From assembly GCA_964016885.1 (NCBI GenBank), contig OZ024745.1:26350001-26414000 (forward strand): a stretch of DNA of 64,000 nucleotides, written 5' to 3'. The position numbers and the translations under genes were made by a program. Position 1 is the stretch's first letter; each line of letters starts with the position of its first letter. Of this stretch, positions 14,521 to 28,617 are shown one piece after another. Under the pieces are notes generated by a model. It saw only the letters and a program-made list of their open reading frames with translations. It had not been told where the DNA came from and searched no databases. Source of the stretch: Eledone cirrhosa (lineage: Eukaryota).

Positions 14521-16449
14521 GTGTGTGTGCGTGTGTCTGTCTGTATGTATGTATGTACGTATGTATGTATATATGGGTGGGAACATTTTTTCTTCCAAAC
14601 ATGTTCTATTGGAAATCAAGCATAAAGAACTAATCAGGGAATATGAAAAATCCTTAATAAAAAAGATCAAACTGATTCTCTGTCATATTTTCAATATACC
14701 ACATGTATATGTTTGTGTGTGACTGTGTGTGTATTTATGCCTGTGATTGTGTCGTGTATGAGTGCATATGTTTATGCATGCGTGGATGTGCGTGTGCATG
14801 TTTGTGTCCATTACTTAATGGACTATAGCATTTAACTTTCAATGTGTATTCGGAAAATTTCTAACTGACAATCGTATACAAACAGTATAAAATTCCGTAA
14901 CGTTTTGTCTTTGTGTAAAACAGCGCAGAAACATTGACGCAGATAAACTTGTCAGACAAAAGGATACCATTCAGGTGGAACCCTGATTAGAATTCGATAA
15001 AATATCTATCTTTCATTTGAATATATTTCTGTCCCCTATCTGACTAATTGATAAAAGATAATTAGTATGTGTTACACATAAACAAAAAAAAGGACACACT
15101 TACCACACACTTATACACGCGAGAACACATGCACTTACACACACACACCTCATTATCTTCAAAATTACATAATGGAACAAAGATTATTCAGTTGTAAAAC
15201 ATTTTCAGTAAAGTCGTACAGCAGGAGGTCTTCAGAGAATAAAACATATTCAAGCACATATTTTGGCCCTTAACATCTTACACTCTAAGGGGGGGCCGGT
15301 CCCCATCAATGACGTGGCTCCTGGGTGCCATTCTCTTATCATTTAAATATTCGGATATTTGTGACTTATCTTATATTTCACTTATTTTTATTTCGTTCAG
15401 TTACTGTCGCAGCAAATGACTTTCTCCAGCAACTATTACAACCTTCATCAACGTTTCTTCAGTCGCATCTCACAGTTAGCATCTCACAGGCACGACATCC
15501 GAATATGAGGAAGGATTCTGCTTATATCAATGTTTTAAAGTTCAGTAAGATTGCAATTTCTTCTTTTATCGATCAATCATTGATAGAAAAATCAGTTGAT
15601 GTAGTTTGCACAAATATCACGAAAAACAGACCATCGGTGCTGGAGATATTTAGTTTATTCCTTTCGTTACCATATATCTAATAGAAGACAATATATATGA
15701 TTTTCAAATAATTTTGAAAATAATCAAGAATTTGGTGGATATAGTAATGTAACTAACTTTATCATTGTTTAAGTTGATTTTATCATTACGTAACAAATGA
15801 TTTTGAATAAAATTATGTGAGGAGGTGTTTCGATAAATGTAAACCTTTTATACTAACTCCCCCAAGGAAGCGTTTCTGGGTATTAACATATCCTGGTGGT
15901 TAAAAGCGAATCGTATCACAAATAAGAAACACATTTTAGAAAATGTATTGCTGTTTCTCATGAAATTTGTTTTAAGATATCGTTTGTTTTTGTTTTGATA
16001 CTTCAACGTTCAACGGTATCCGTGACAATATAATACAGTGACAATTTAGTAAAGCTGTCTTTTAAAGACTTGATATAATGACAAGAATAGCTGACTGCAC
16101 AACATGCTGATTAGAAATTAGAAACACGTAAAATTTTGCAGATATAACTTGTTCATTTCTACAAGAAAGCTCTTTGAAAACATTCATTTTATCTTTTAAA
16201 CATGTCAACGTTCTGAAATTTCACATATAATAAATGTCAATGCTGATTTGGTTTCGGCGAAGAAATATATGTATGTATGGTCCCATTACTCCTGAGGGAA
16301 TCGTAGGGGCGCCATATTGGCATACGGCGTTTCTAGGGTAGTTTTAAATCCGGCGGAGCCAATCTCCTCTCCAGGTCTGAATACATCAGATTTCTTCCAG
16401 AGCGTATAGAGAGTGAGGAAACGATATTGAGGAAGAATCCACCCCAGAA

Positions 16450-16580
16450 CTAGACTGCTACTTTTTTGTCGACTTTAAATGGATGAAACACAAAGTTCAA
16501 CTCAGAGAGCAGAGAGTCGAAACGAATACTGCACAGCATTATATCCCACGTTCTAACGACTTTGCCACTTCGCTGCCTTC
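16450..16580 (-). mobile_element. SINE family A, old fragment
   Basis: Degenerate core gtcgac..aatggatgaaacacaaagt and 5' end gccacttcgctgcc. Confidence 0.45.
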
Positions 16581-17316
16581 TCACTAAAATACGAAGACAA
16601 AAATAATATATCACAGCAGTCTCAGCTTTGTTAATATTTCATTAATTTACTTTAGTATTTCATTGCGCTTGACAGTGATGGGGTTGAATTTTGAAAGAAT
16701 GTTGATATATTGAAGAGCTGGTTATCCGAGTAAACTGGGTAACCTAAGGTGAATGAAATAACAACCAAATCTCCTGAATTCGCAACATCTATTATCTGTA
16801 AAATTGAAGGACACTCTGGATAATGTAGATCTATAGAAACAAGATGAAACGGTCACGACTGTCTACCCGATAAGAATTTATCTATGACTAAACAACAACA
16901 GCAACAACCAAAAGACTAACACTATAGAATTCATAGCTAAAATATTTTATTTTCAAAAACACATACTTATACTTTTGGTTTATATATAGACAATCCATTG
17001 AAGTAAAGATCACCACCGCAAGTAACATATATGGTATATAATTGAACTTGTTATTTTGACTTGCAGTGATATACGGAATGTTCATTTATACCACCCCGCC
17101 TTCTATTAGGCTTGTTTACATGGAGACAGATTCTCTAAATGGTTCCTTAATGACACACCACTCACATCTTTGTTTCTAGGCTTGTAAATATTTTGTGGTT
17201 TATATCAGTCAGCCAGTTGGCAGCATTGAAGTTTGTTACTACTGCAAGTCTTTCTTCACGGCAGTAGCAATATGATCAGTGGTGATTATATAAATATAAA
17301 TATATATATATCTATC

Positions 17317-17347
<31 letters not shown>

Positions 17348-17905
17348 GTATAAATATATATATATATATAGAAATATATATATATATTAGAAATAGTGGG
17401 TAAATCTTCTGTGGCTGTGGATCAAGGATAAAATAGCTATCATTTATTTATCTATTGTTTCTTCATAAGTACATTTTAAACTTATAGCCTCGTTTAATTG
17501 ATTTTTTTGTGTGGTTGATTATGCTGATTGGGAGAAGAAATACTGTATATATTTTATCAAATGATTCTATGAACTAACTTTCTTATATATATATATATAA
17601 AATATATAATATATATATATATCTTTCTTTATATATAATATATATAGCTAGATAGATATAATATATAATTGTATATACTTTATATATATATAAGTATAAA
17701 TACTATTATTATATATATATATATATATGTATCAGAATGTGTAATATATGAACAAGGGTATCATTTTGTTTCTTTACTAATTACTCGAAGATCTGTTTAA
17801 ATATCTATACAATTTGTTTCTGTATAAATTTGCGCATACATATATAAATATATAAACATCTCTGTGAGTGGGGGGCTACAGAAAGAGTATTACACGCCCA
17901 CACAA

Positions 17906-17983
<78 letters not shown>

Positions 17984-18097
17984 AGTTGACGGACCCACCA
18001 TATTTATCAATGCCAGTATATATATATACATATATATATGAATATATATATATATATATATAAGGAGTTGACGGACCCAGAATATTTATCAATGCCA

Positions 18098-18164
<67 letters not shown>

Positions 18165-18176
18165 TAGATATATATA

Positions 18177-18256
<80 letters not shown>

Positions 18257-18296
18257 TATATATATATATGCACACATATATATATATATATATATA

Positions 18297-18410
18297 GGAA
18301 AAGGTATGACCCCGCCCTGACGGCAGAGCTCAACCCGTTTCGACGGCTATTTCTGGACAGTACTCTGGTGCGTTATGGTCCATCTGGTTCCTTACCACAA
18401 TTCCTTCGTT
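18297..18410 (+). mobile_element. TA-embedded mini-element (family of 27851, 53320 and 61762 copies)
   Basis: Shares gtgcgttatggtcca..tggttccttaccaca.ttccttcgtt terminus and cgtttcgacggcta with the other copies; (TA)n on both sides. Confidence 0.65.
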
Positions 18411-18412
18411 AT

Positions 18413-18463
<51 letters not shown>

Positions 18464-18815
18464 TTAATGTGTGTTGGGGTGTGTGGGTGTCTATGTGTGT
18501 ATATGTGTGCGCGTGTATGTATGTGATTGCGTTGGCGTACGTGTGTAAAAACGGATGTATAAATATAACATATATTGCTCTGAACTAAAAATTTTACAAA
18601 TTAGAAATATATGTAATGCCATTGACTCCAGTCATGCTACGTCATTTGCATCTGGTGACAAGATGTGGTATACTGCTGTTGCATGGACAAACTCCCCAGG
18701 CTGAGATAATAACTGCTATGTAGTGATTTATCGTGTCATTATTTATTCATTAATTCTCGCTTTATATATATATTTATGTATATATACAGTATATTAAAAA
18801 TACACGCGCACATTC

Positions 18816-18859
<44 letters not shown>

Positions 18860-18937
18860 ATATATATGTGTATATATATATATATATGAATATATATATA
18901 TGTGTGTATATATATATGTATATATATATATATGAAT

Positions 18938-19004
<67 letters not shown>

Positions 19005-19028
19005 TATATATATATATATATGTGTGTA

Positions 19029-19157
<129 letters not shown>

Positions 19158-19899
19158 CTGATCGTATGTATTGGGAAACGGAATATCATAATAATAGATA
19201 AAACTGAACATCAAACAAAAATAAAACAATGTATGTGTGTGCATGTATATATGTGTGTCTCTACGTGTGTGTGTGTGCGTGTGTTAATTTATGATTTTGT
19301 CAATAGGAATCCCTCAACGTCCATGACCTTTGTAGCCCTTTTAATGTAGTTTAGACAGGTGCAGTTGATGTGGAATTTTCAACATCTGTAAGTCAAATAC
19401 TGCAAGAGAATCGTAAACGTAAAAAGATTCTAGGCGCGAAATTTCTACAGTTGTAGGATTGAGCCAAATAGTATGGTTTGTGAAGGAAGATACATATGGC
19501 TTTCGAGAAAGGGTTAAGGGAGTTTGACAGATGCGCTTGCATTGCATTGGTTTGTTATTATCTGTCTTTGAGGATCAAAGTATGTTGAATTTATTTATAT
19601 TTTATTTCATACAGATTTTAACAATATCTTTTCTGCTATAGTCGTAAACTTCCACCTGTCTAATTGAACAAAAACGATTATAATGTTAACTCCCGAACAC
19701 TACGTCTCGAGAATACACCCATAACTACATCATGGTTCTATGTTTACCTACCATCCAAGCGCGGCCTTTGTACGTTGCAGCCCATATTTCTTGTCCCTTA
19801 GTAACCTTGTTTCTATCATCCCTTTCTTCAAAAGCAGCATGGCTCCGACCCCCCCCCCCCCAGCGAAAGCTTCTACATTTAGTACTCACTTTACTACAT

Positions 19900-20520
19900 A
19901 TGCTTTGAAAAGGTCAACCAGCCTCATCCTTTATTATTAAACTTAAAAGATGTACTTTAGATTAATTTCGCAAAGCGCTTATATATTCTCACCAAGCATT
20001 GCATACGTATTCTCGTACAAAGAACTACCCCAAATTTTGAAAACATTCCATAATGTATCTTTCATACAAAAAATGCTTCCTCTTTGAATGACTCTGCCAA
20101 CTACCAACCGTTCGCTTTAACATCCTCCATGACAAGCCAATGAAGGAATTTCAAGATGATTGTTCGATCTACAAACAAATTTATATCAAATCCCACACCA
20201 CTTTCTTAGAAAAATATACATTCCTAATAGTTAATGTAATTCTGAGCTCCCTACACTTAAGATAAATATTGGATTACCATAATCTGATGGCCCTTGACAA
20301 TATGTCTGCTCAATCTCAAAGGCGATGGAAACAATCATTGTCAATCACCTTCTCCAACACCTTCAATTCCTACTCAATGACCAATTGTATATCTTTCGCT
20401 AAGCTAAATATACAGTCGAAAGCATTTTCTATTAAACTTGTAGTGATTCCTCACCCTTCACAATTTCTGTAAAAGCATTATCATTTCGAAAACAAAATTA
20501 GAATTTGTTTTTTCGCTTTA
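19900..20520 (+). pseudogene. Very degenerate Jockey/CR1-type RT relic
   Basis: DSANYQPFALTS near 20090 resembles NYRPIALTS; downstream LLNDQLYIFR resembles LL.D.QYGFR; many stops. Confidence 0.4.
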
Positions 20521-21203
20521 ACATAGCGGATACGTAAATGTATTCGTGAGTTTTATATCGAATCATAATGATATTCGATTCGTTTGCAAGCAAACAGCTT
20601 CTTTATGATATGTGTTTTAGATGACCATCACCATCCTTTTGTTGTAGGAGTGACAAAGAAAAACAATAGACAATATTGTTTCTGGGTTATTGCCCTTTGT
20701 CAAGATTGTGTATCACTCTCATGTTACTGAATTGCAGACCAGATACATCGACAGATAAAGTGCATTATGATATTATTTAAGTTTCGGTCAGACTTCAAAT
20801 ATCACCGAGATCTTCTTTGCCTTCGATATTTCCGGTGTGGATAAAATTAATATCAATCAAGTACTGAGTAGGTTTGAATCAGCTATACCTTCCCTAAAAA
20901 ACGACAAGGTCATGTGCCTACCGTAAGCATTCTAGTAATTATTTTTTAAATCAGCGACGTTTCACTGTAAAAACATGACCATTAAATCGACAAGTTGTTG
21001 TACTCCTATATATTTCATTTCCTATGTTAATTTGTTTCAGAATGTGATACTATTGTTTGCCGGATACTGAATAAGTCTAGTGACAATATATAAAATGTGA
21101 TAATTTATTCATTGATTGAATGACAAAAGAACCATACGTGACGAATATATTCCGGTATAGAGAAATTTGTACGACTATGCGTATTTATTTAATTATATAT
21201 ATA

Positions 21204-21258
<55 letters not shown>

Positions 21259-21514
21259 GTGTGTGTGTCTGTGGGTGTGTCTTTATGATATACATATATA
21301 TATATATTATGTGTGTGTGTGTGTGGATTATTTATATTTATATTTTATTTCATGGGTGTTCTCGTCCATTGTATGTGTCTATGAGTGTGTAGGGGTTTGT
21401 TAAGCGTTTGTGTTAATTAGTAGTCCTTCCCAGACTGGAGAGATATTATAAAGTTGATATTTGGCTAGAATATATGCTTAGTGATGCTTGTTGAGAAAAT
21501 CACTTCTGGGGAAA

Positions 21515-21615
21515 AATGAATTGGAGATGGTTGCTTCTGACAAGACCTGCTGGAAGGAGTGTCTGTGGACTCTGCCTCCACAACTCTCGCAGGAATAAGT
21601 GGACGAAGAAGAAAA
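21515..21615 (+). mobile_element. RTE LINE 3' fragment
   Basis: ggttgcttctgacaagacctgctggaaggagtgt...ggaataagtggacgaagaagaa, homologous to 501-752. Confidence 0.7.
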
Positions 21616-21932
21616 AATTAGACACAAACTTATATGTGTGCATATATAAATAAATATTGACTGCATCTCAGTTTTGAGAATTGCCTTCTCTGGATATTTT
21701 TCTCGTACATGGGTGGCAACAACATGACTTTTCACCCTTGTAAAGGACTTAGATTCCTTTCTGCATATGCTTCAACAAAAGTAAAAAGGTCGTGACCGAG
21801 TGAATGGGCCTGCTTTCACCATACGCCTGCATAATGGCAATGATAAAGGAATCAGAGGAAAACAAAGTTCGTGAGAGATTCAAAGAACACACACACACAC
21901 GCACACACACACACACGCACACACACACACGC

Positions 21933-22039
<107 letters not shown>

Positions 22040-22149
22040 TAGATATATTAAACTAAAGCCAAAACATCTGTTTAGGGAGTATAAGTTAGACAAACTAAAA
22101 CATCTCCTTACCATGGTTTCGAACACAGAAGAGACAATACAAGTCACAG

Positions 22150-22195
<46 letters not shown>

Positions 22196-22235
22196 TTGAG
22201 CTCATCTCCTCCTCTCTCCTACCACCCACAGCCAC

Positions 22236-23825
22236 CAACCTTATTGTACGCACACCCACCATCTACTTCCTCCCAAAAATACACAAACAAAATTATCCCG
22301 GCCGTCCTATCGTTTCTGCAAACAGCTGCCTCACCGAGATAATTTTTAGACACCATCCTCGCCCCGGTGGTCAGCAATCTCTCCTCCCACATCCACAATA
22401 CAAATCATGTCCTTAGACTCTTCAACTCTTTCTCCTTCCCTCCTGGTCCCTCCCGCCTTCTCTTTACCCTGGACATCACCTCTCTCTATACCGTCATCCC
22501 TCATGATGACGGCCTCCGCGCTCTCCAACAATTTTTTAGATTTTCGCCCTACCCCTTACCCCAGCACTACCACTCTTCTCCGTCTGGCTGAACTTGTTCT
22601 AGCCCCCAATGGATTTTCTTTTTCGGGTGAATTTTATCAACAGGTCTCTGGGGTAGCGATGGGACCAGAATGGGTCCAAACTATGCCAACTTGTTTGTTG
22701 GCTACGTCGAAGCCCAAATCTTCTCCCAGTACGCTGGACCGACTCCTGAGCTATACGGTCGTTATATCGACGACTGTATCGGCGCCACCCCTCTATCACG
22801 AGAACAGCTCGACTGTTTTCTTTCTTTTGTCCAATCTTTCCATCCTGATCTCAATGTCCCCGCCTCCGTCTCCGATTCTTCTGTCGCTTTTCTAGATATC
22901 TCTCTAGCTATTAATCACTCTCACCACACCCTCTCTACTTCCATCTTCATTAAACCAACAGACTCCCAATCTTACCTCGACTTCACCTTCTCCCATCCAA
23001 CCCACACCAAACACTCCATATCCTATTCCCAATTCCTCCGTCTTCGTCGACTCTGTAGCCAGGACCACGATTTCGAAACCCATTTCCTTCGCATGGCTTC
23101 CTGCTTCATTCAGCGTGGTTATCCCCCACCCTGATCCAAGCTGCTCTCACCCACGCCTGTGAAACAGACCGCACCCCAGCCCTCTCACCTCACCCCCACC
23201 CTCCCACATCCGTGTTCCGATGCCTCTCACCTACCACCCCATCACCCTACCACTCCGGCGACATATCCTCCGTTCCTTCCGTATCCTCTCTTCTGACCCC
23301 GTCACTTCTCGCTTTTTTCTAAACCCACCTATTACTGCTTTTAAGCGTGCCCGCAACCTCCACGACCTCCTGGTTCGCAGTTCCTTTTCGTCCTCTCCCT
23401 CCACTCCACCCGGCTTTCATCACTGTTCTCGTTCCCGCTGCAACACTTGTCCCTTTATTTCCACCCTCACCACTCTTACAGGCACTAACGGGTCTTTCCG
23501 TATCCGCCATTCCTTCACCTGCACATCCACCCACATTGTCTATGCCCTCCGGTGTTCCCTTTGTGGGTCTTTATATATCGGACAAACGGGACGCCGTATG
23601 GCGGACCGTTTTGCCGAACACTTGAGGGACATACGACGCGGTTTGGATACTCCTGTCGCCCGTCATTTCTGTTCTCCTGGTCATTCTTCCCTACATGAGT
23701 CACTCCTGGGTGCCCTTTTACATCATGGATCACAGGCCTCGCGCACCAGGACTGAACAAATTCTGATTCACCGCCTTGTGTCCTATTCCCCTCTTGGACT
23801 CAACTCACCTCCCCAATTTCTCTAA
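22236..23825 (+). pseudogene. PLE RT + GIY-YIG endonuclease, frameshifted
   Basis: IYFLPKIHK..PGRPIVS, DITSLYTVIPH, QVSGVAMG, GRYIDD, FLDI, KPTD..YL..SHP; Cys linker CSRSRCNTC typical of Neptune; VYALRCSLCGSLYIGQT..R..EH; ends PLGLN. Confidence 0.93.
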
Positions 23826-24305
23826 TACCCCGTCCATTATCACACCTCTAGATTCCTATCGCTTTCTCTTGATCATTACCAGCTTCTCTTACAACTAATA
23901 CATGCCGACTATATATGCTCACTTCCCTTTTCCCTTCACTGCTCTGTATACACACATACACACCCTTATATTAACATACTATTGCTCATAGCTTCGTATT
24001 TACATGCACACCCACTTTTTTACACACACTTTTCTTCCTAGCTTCGTACGGACGTATTATAACACACACACACATGCCTACGCACGTCTACAAGTATAGC
24101 TCTTTTTACAAAACGGTTTTCTTTTTCCATTTCAGGTAGACGCGCTCCATCATCCACTTTTCTAAAAAATAAATCATACACAAAACGCCAGCACCAACAG
24201 TTTTGCAATAGATGTCAACATGAATGGACCTGTTATTTTTATCTAAAGACATTTTTTCCAGTTCCATCCCGCCCATCCCCTCAATCAATCTTATTTCTCA
24301 TTCTT

Positions 24306-24341
24306 TCTTCTGATGAAGGACTAGCGTCCGAAACGTTAAGA
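24306..24341 (+). ncRNA. Minimal type I hammerhead ribozyme in the PLE 3' UTR (pLTR)
   Basis: TCTT-CTGATGA-A-GGAC(tagc)GTCC-GAA-ACGT-T-AAGA; perfect core, palindromic stem III ACGT, GUU triplet. Confidence 0.9.
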
Positions 24342-24446
24342 CCCTGTTCCTGCTATATCAAGTGTTAACATAATATATCCCTTCCATATACTGTACCGAT
24401 TGTGTTGTTATTTCTGTTTACCTTTTACATACATATATATATTTAT

Positions 24447-24571
<125 letters not shown>

Positions 24572-24960
24572 ATGTATGAGTGAGTATGGGTGTGTGTGTA
24601 TGAGTGAGTATGGGTGTGTGTGTGTGTCTGTGTGTGTCTGTGTGTGTCTGTGTCTGTGTGTGTATGCAAAAATATGTGAAATATCATGTCTGTTTTTTAA
24701 AGAATTATTTCCACTTTTGAATTTCGCCACTTTTATTTCTGTTGATAATGGAAACCTAATGTAATATCCCATTTTCCCCAATGACAAAATCCTAGTTCAA
24801 AATGCATCCATGCATGGGAGGTGTCTCCAGCAAATCAGAAACTGAAAATGTTAAAACAAAACACTGAAAAAAGAGGAATATAAAGACATATGCTGAGTTG
24901 GAAAGAAAGAGAATTTTCAGCAAACAATTCCAGAACATGTATCGTGTCATCTGTATAAGC

Positions 24961-24992
24961 AACAACCACCACTACTGCTGCTGCTGCTGCTG

Positions 24993-25072
<80 letters not shown>

Positions 25073-25073
25073 C

Positions 25074-25156
<83 letters not shown>
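24961..25156. repeat. Compound (CTG)n/(CTA)n trinucleotide microsatellite
   Basis: Two cycles of (CTG)6 followed by a long (CTA)n run. Confidence 0.95.
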
Positions 25157-25157
<1 letters not shown>

Positions 25158-25353
25158 GCCATGCATACAACAATATAGCATAAGCATAAAAACACATATC
25201 CATATATTTCGGCGTGGGAGAGAGATGTGGTGAATGTATAGTGGCCGTGAATATGTGTGCAAGTGTTTGTCAGACGCTGAGATTTATGCTAACTTCTATT
25301 AGTTCAATAAAACTACATACAAATATATATATACATATATATATATAATTAAG

Positions 25354-25643
25354 TTAAAAAATGTACATCCACATATGTATACTGAAATACTAGTATGCAT
25401 ATGAATACACACACGTATACATATGTAGATGTACCGAGTTTTTCACTGGTCACTTTACTGTGAGTGTCCTCAAAAACCAGTATGACTCTAAAAACCGGTT
25501 TGTCTGTGTGTTTACATACAGAATAGCTGGACACTCACAGTAAAGTGACCAGTGAAAAACTCGGTACATCTACATATGTATACGTGTGTGTATTCATATG
25601 CATACTAGTATTTCAGTATACATATGTGGATGTACATTTTTAA
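25354..25643. repeat. Fold-back mini-element with about 115-bp inverted arms
   Basis: Left arm ends gtgagtgtcc near 25470; right arm 25529-25643 is its reverse complement; next to (TA)n. Confidence 0.85.
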
Positions 25644-25807
25644 CGTAATTGTTTAAGCGTCAGTCATACAAAAGTGAGTTACAAACGAAACGAAATTTAA
25701 TTTCGTTTCGTTATTTGTTTTTATATATATATACATATATATATATATAAATGTATTAGGAATAAGTGGCAGAAGAATAATAATAATATCTCTCCCTCTC
25801 TCTCTCT

Positions 25808-25871
<64 letters not shown>

Positions 25872-25943
25872 GGAGGTGAGTTTTATTGTAGCACAATAAA
25901 GCAATGCAAATATCGTATAAGTAGCACTCAACAGTTTGTAGGA

Positions 25944-26190
25944 CTGGAGTATAAATAATATAAAATCAAAAGATGGTTAAAAGAGTTCCATGTATTTTAT
26001 TATGCGCATTTCAAAAACAAATATCATCATGGGATGATATTTGCATTCTCATCAGATAAAATAGTGAGACATGATATGAAGCTTAAAAAACACTTATAAA
26101 ACCATGATGGTTTTTGTTTTTGAAATGCGCATAATAAAATACATGGAACTCTTTTAACCATCTTTTGATTTTATATTATTTATACTCCAG
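25944..26190. mobile_element. Fold-back mini-element with hammerhead
   Basis: Arms 25944-26020 and about 26114-26190 are perfect inverted repeats; the HHR spans the left arm and the loop. Confidence 0.85.
25995..26061 (-). ncRNA. Type I hammerhead ribozyme
   Basis: TTTTAT-CTGATGA-gaat-GCAAATATCAT(cccatg)ATGATATTTGT-tttt-GAA-ATGCGCAT-A-ATAAAA; palindromic stem III, AUA triplet. Confidence 0.88.
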
Positions 26191-26195
26191 TATAA

Positions 26196-26385
26196 TGGGC
26201 TTTCTCCACAAATGTCCCTCGGAAGTCTCCCCCCTATTGGGGAATTTTTCTTTGTTATTTTATTTCATCCTCTGTTTTTTTTACACGCAGAAATGCCCAT
26301 TTGTACCGTCCTGTATTGTCCTGTACTGTCCTTAATGTCTACTTTATGTAAACCCTTGTGGTTAATAAAGAAAACATTATTATTA

Positions 26386-26432
<47 letters not shown>
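26196..26432 (+). mobile_element. Tx1 3' UTR fragment with (ATT)n tail
   Basis: Near-identical to 12826-13045, ending aataaagaaa followed by (ATT)n. Confidence 0.9.
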
Positions 26433-26482
<50 letters not shown>

Positions 26483-26593
26483 TAATAAAAGGAATTCCAA
26501 CTTTGATTTACTCGTTTTATTTACAATCCTTTAAAATTTAAAATGGTATTAGAATGAAATAGTATGGTAGAATATTAAATGTTAAGTGTTAAT

Positions 26594-26632
26594 TGAACAA
26601 GTACTTTCAGGCTTTCACAATCTTCAGGTTCA
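26594..26632 (-). ncRNA. Minimal type I hammerhead ribozyme
   Basis: TGAAC-CTGAAGA-tt-GT(gaaa)GC-ct-GAA-AGTACT-T-GTTCA; part of repeat 26480-26670, homologous to 46520-46710. Confidence 0.75.
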
Positions 26633-27277
26633 TATTGTGTGGTGACAGACAAGTTTGCAATTTTCAACTGTAATGAGATGGGTAAATTGTGTGCCTTATA
26701 TACAGTGAAAAGTGGCTCCAGAATGCTAAATCTTGCAAACTGTATTTCGACCAATCGGTGTGTAGTTTAACTGGATTACTAAAGCTGATTGGTTTAGGCG
26801 TCACGGTTGGTTGAGCATGTCTAACGACTACTAATTGACTCTATCCAAAGCATCAATTGTTTTGCTCTTTTTAGAAATGATGAAAATAGCATTTTCTAGT
26901 AATCATCACCATCAACATCACTTTTATTATTATTATTGTTGTTGTTGTTAGTGATCGTAGTCATAGTCATAGTAGGATTAATACCCCATTATTATTGTTC
27001 ATTTAGCTTGGGTTTGAATTTATCAATAAAATTCTTTTCTTTGATTTTTCTCTTGATTTTACTTGGGCTGTGTAATTTGTAGAATGGGAATATTATAAAT
27101 ATTCCCTGACCACATGTTGCTAGATGGTTACTTAGGGGTATCTGACGGACATTTGGGTCTCTGATTTGCTGTCGGTGTACCCGTGCACGTTCCGATAGTG
27201 CATTTCCAGTTTGACCGACATATAGTTCTTCACAATTCGGGCATTTAATGCAGTGTATATATATATATAGATATATA

Positions 27278-27620
27278 TTATTGTTATTCGTCCACCTATT
27301 CCTAAGAGAGTTGTTGGGACAGAGCCCTCAAACACTCCTTCCAGTGGGTCCTGTCAGAAGCAACGATCTCCAATTGATCGGGCTGAATGCAATAGCGTGA
27401 CCAGCAGATCTCATGGATGTTATCCAACTATCTTGCTTGAGGTCTACCCCTGGGTCTCTTACCAGTTGGTTTTGCTTGTGAATTCTGTCTAGCAATTATT
27501 TCCTGACACATTCTAACCACATGCCCGTAGTATCGGAGCAGTGATCTCTCAATTCGGAGAAGTAGCGGCCTGCCTGTAGAATGGTCAATTTGGATTACTG
27601 GCTAGTGGAGTTCTAGGGCT
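27278..27620 (-). mobile_element. RTE LINE 3' fragment
   Basis: LRIERSLLRYYGHVVRM...KPTGKRPRGRPQAR*LDNI...ASDRTHWK, the classic RTE C-terminus. Confidence 0.85.
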
Positions 27621-27805
27621 GCTGTGGCCCTTAGATTAAATTTTCACACTTCGTTATGTTTTAAAAATGTATTAAAATATCATAACCAGAATTGGGATGT
27701 AGAAGGATAATAAACGAATACGAAGTTGAAACTTTATACCCTTCACCTGACATTCGTATTTTAAACCCATTTAATGTTGTATTTTTAAGGCCTGCACAAA
27801 TTGAG

Positions 27806-27833
27806 GTGCGTCTTATAAACCGTCAAATACAGT
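27806..27833. mobile_element. Possible orphan pogo/Tc2-like TIR end
   Basis: gtgcgtcttataaaccgtcaaatacag followed by TA resembles C(C/T)GTATTT..TATAAGACGCAC termini; no partner end found. Confidence 0.35.
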
Positions 27834-27941
27834 ATATATATATATATATATAACGAAGGATGTGTGGTAAGGGACCAGGTAGAACATAACTCATAAGAGT
27901 ACTCCATACTTTGGGTAGTAGAGAGGGTACCTGACTCTTTT

Positions 27942-27999
<58 letters not shown>

Positions 28000-28002
<3 letters not shown>

Positions 28003-28194
28003 GTAGAACACTGGAAGGTAATATCCGTAGTGGTAGAGCACTCAGTCCATGGGACGAGTTATGTAGAAGTGGTTACACAACAGTTAGTTCACCATACCTT
28101 AGCAGATCCTCATCTCGTAATGGACCCGAGCTGAGGATCAGCTAAGGTGAAACAATTGCTCGGTATGGTGAACTAACTGTTGTGTAACCACTTC

Positions 28195-28196
<2 letters not shown>
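28000..28196. mobile_element. Fold-back mini-element with degenerate hammerhead (28126-28163, +)
   Basis: 35-bp arms 28064-28098 / 28162-28196; CCGAG-CTGAGGA...GAA-ACAATTG-CTCGG lacks the UH; (TA)n on both sides. Confidence 0.7.
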
Positions 28197-28255
<59 letters not shown>

Positions 28256-28617
28256 AGAGAGAGAGAGAGGGGGAGAGAGAGAGAAAGAGGGAGGGAGAGA
28301 GAGAGAAATAGAGAGGGAGTGAGAGAGAGAGAGAAAGAAAGTATGTGTGGGTGTTGCGAAGAGAAAGAAAAACAATGAGATATTAAACCGTTTAAATCAT
28401 TTTATTCCTTCAAAACCTTCTTCCACCCCAACCCCAGCCCCACCTCTCTCACTACCTCTCTCTATCCCTCTCTCCCTCTCCCTTTCTCTTACTCTGGCAT
28501 TGCTATATATCGAAACGAGAGGAGAATAACTTTACAAAATACTCTCGTAATTCTCAGATTTTGTGGAAATATGAGTTAAATACGTGACATGAATATATAT
28601 ATATATATATATAACAA

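Larger units (their letters stand above)
22196..24430 (+). mobile_element. Penelope-like retroelement, Neptune type, 5'-truncated, inserted in (TA)n
   Basis: RT and C-terminal GIY-YIG domains, then a 3' UTR with a minimal hammerhead; (TA)n on both sides. Confidence 0.92.

Noticed and set aside
15190-15240. Minus-strand CTGAAGA...GAAA motif
   Set aside because: No stem II or stem I complementarity; expected by chance.
15286-15870. Possible TIR DNA element (taagggggg...cccccaag)
   Set aside because: Terminal match too short and no clear TSD.
25430-25480. Hammerhead candidate on the minus strand inside the fold-back (TTGAGGA...GAAA)
   Set aside because: Core position 3 is altered and stems I and III do not pair convincingly.
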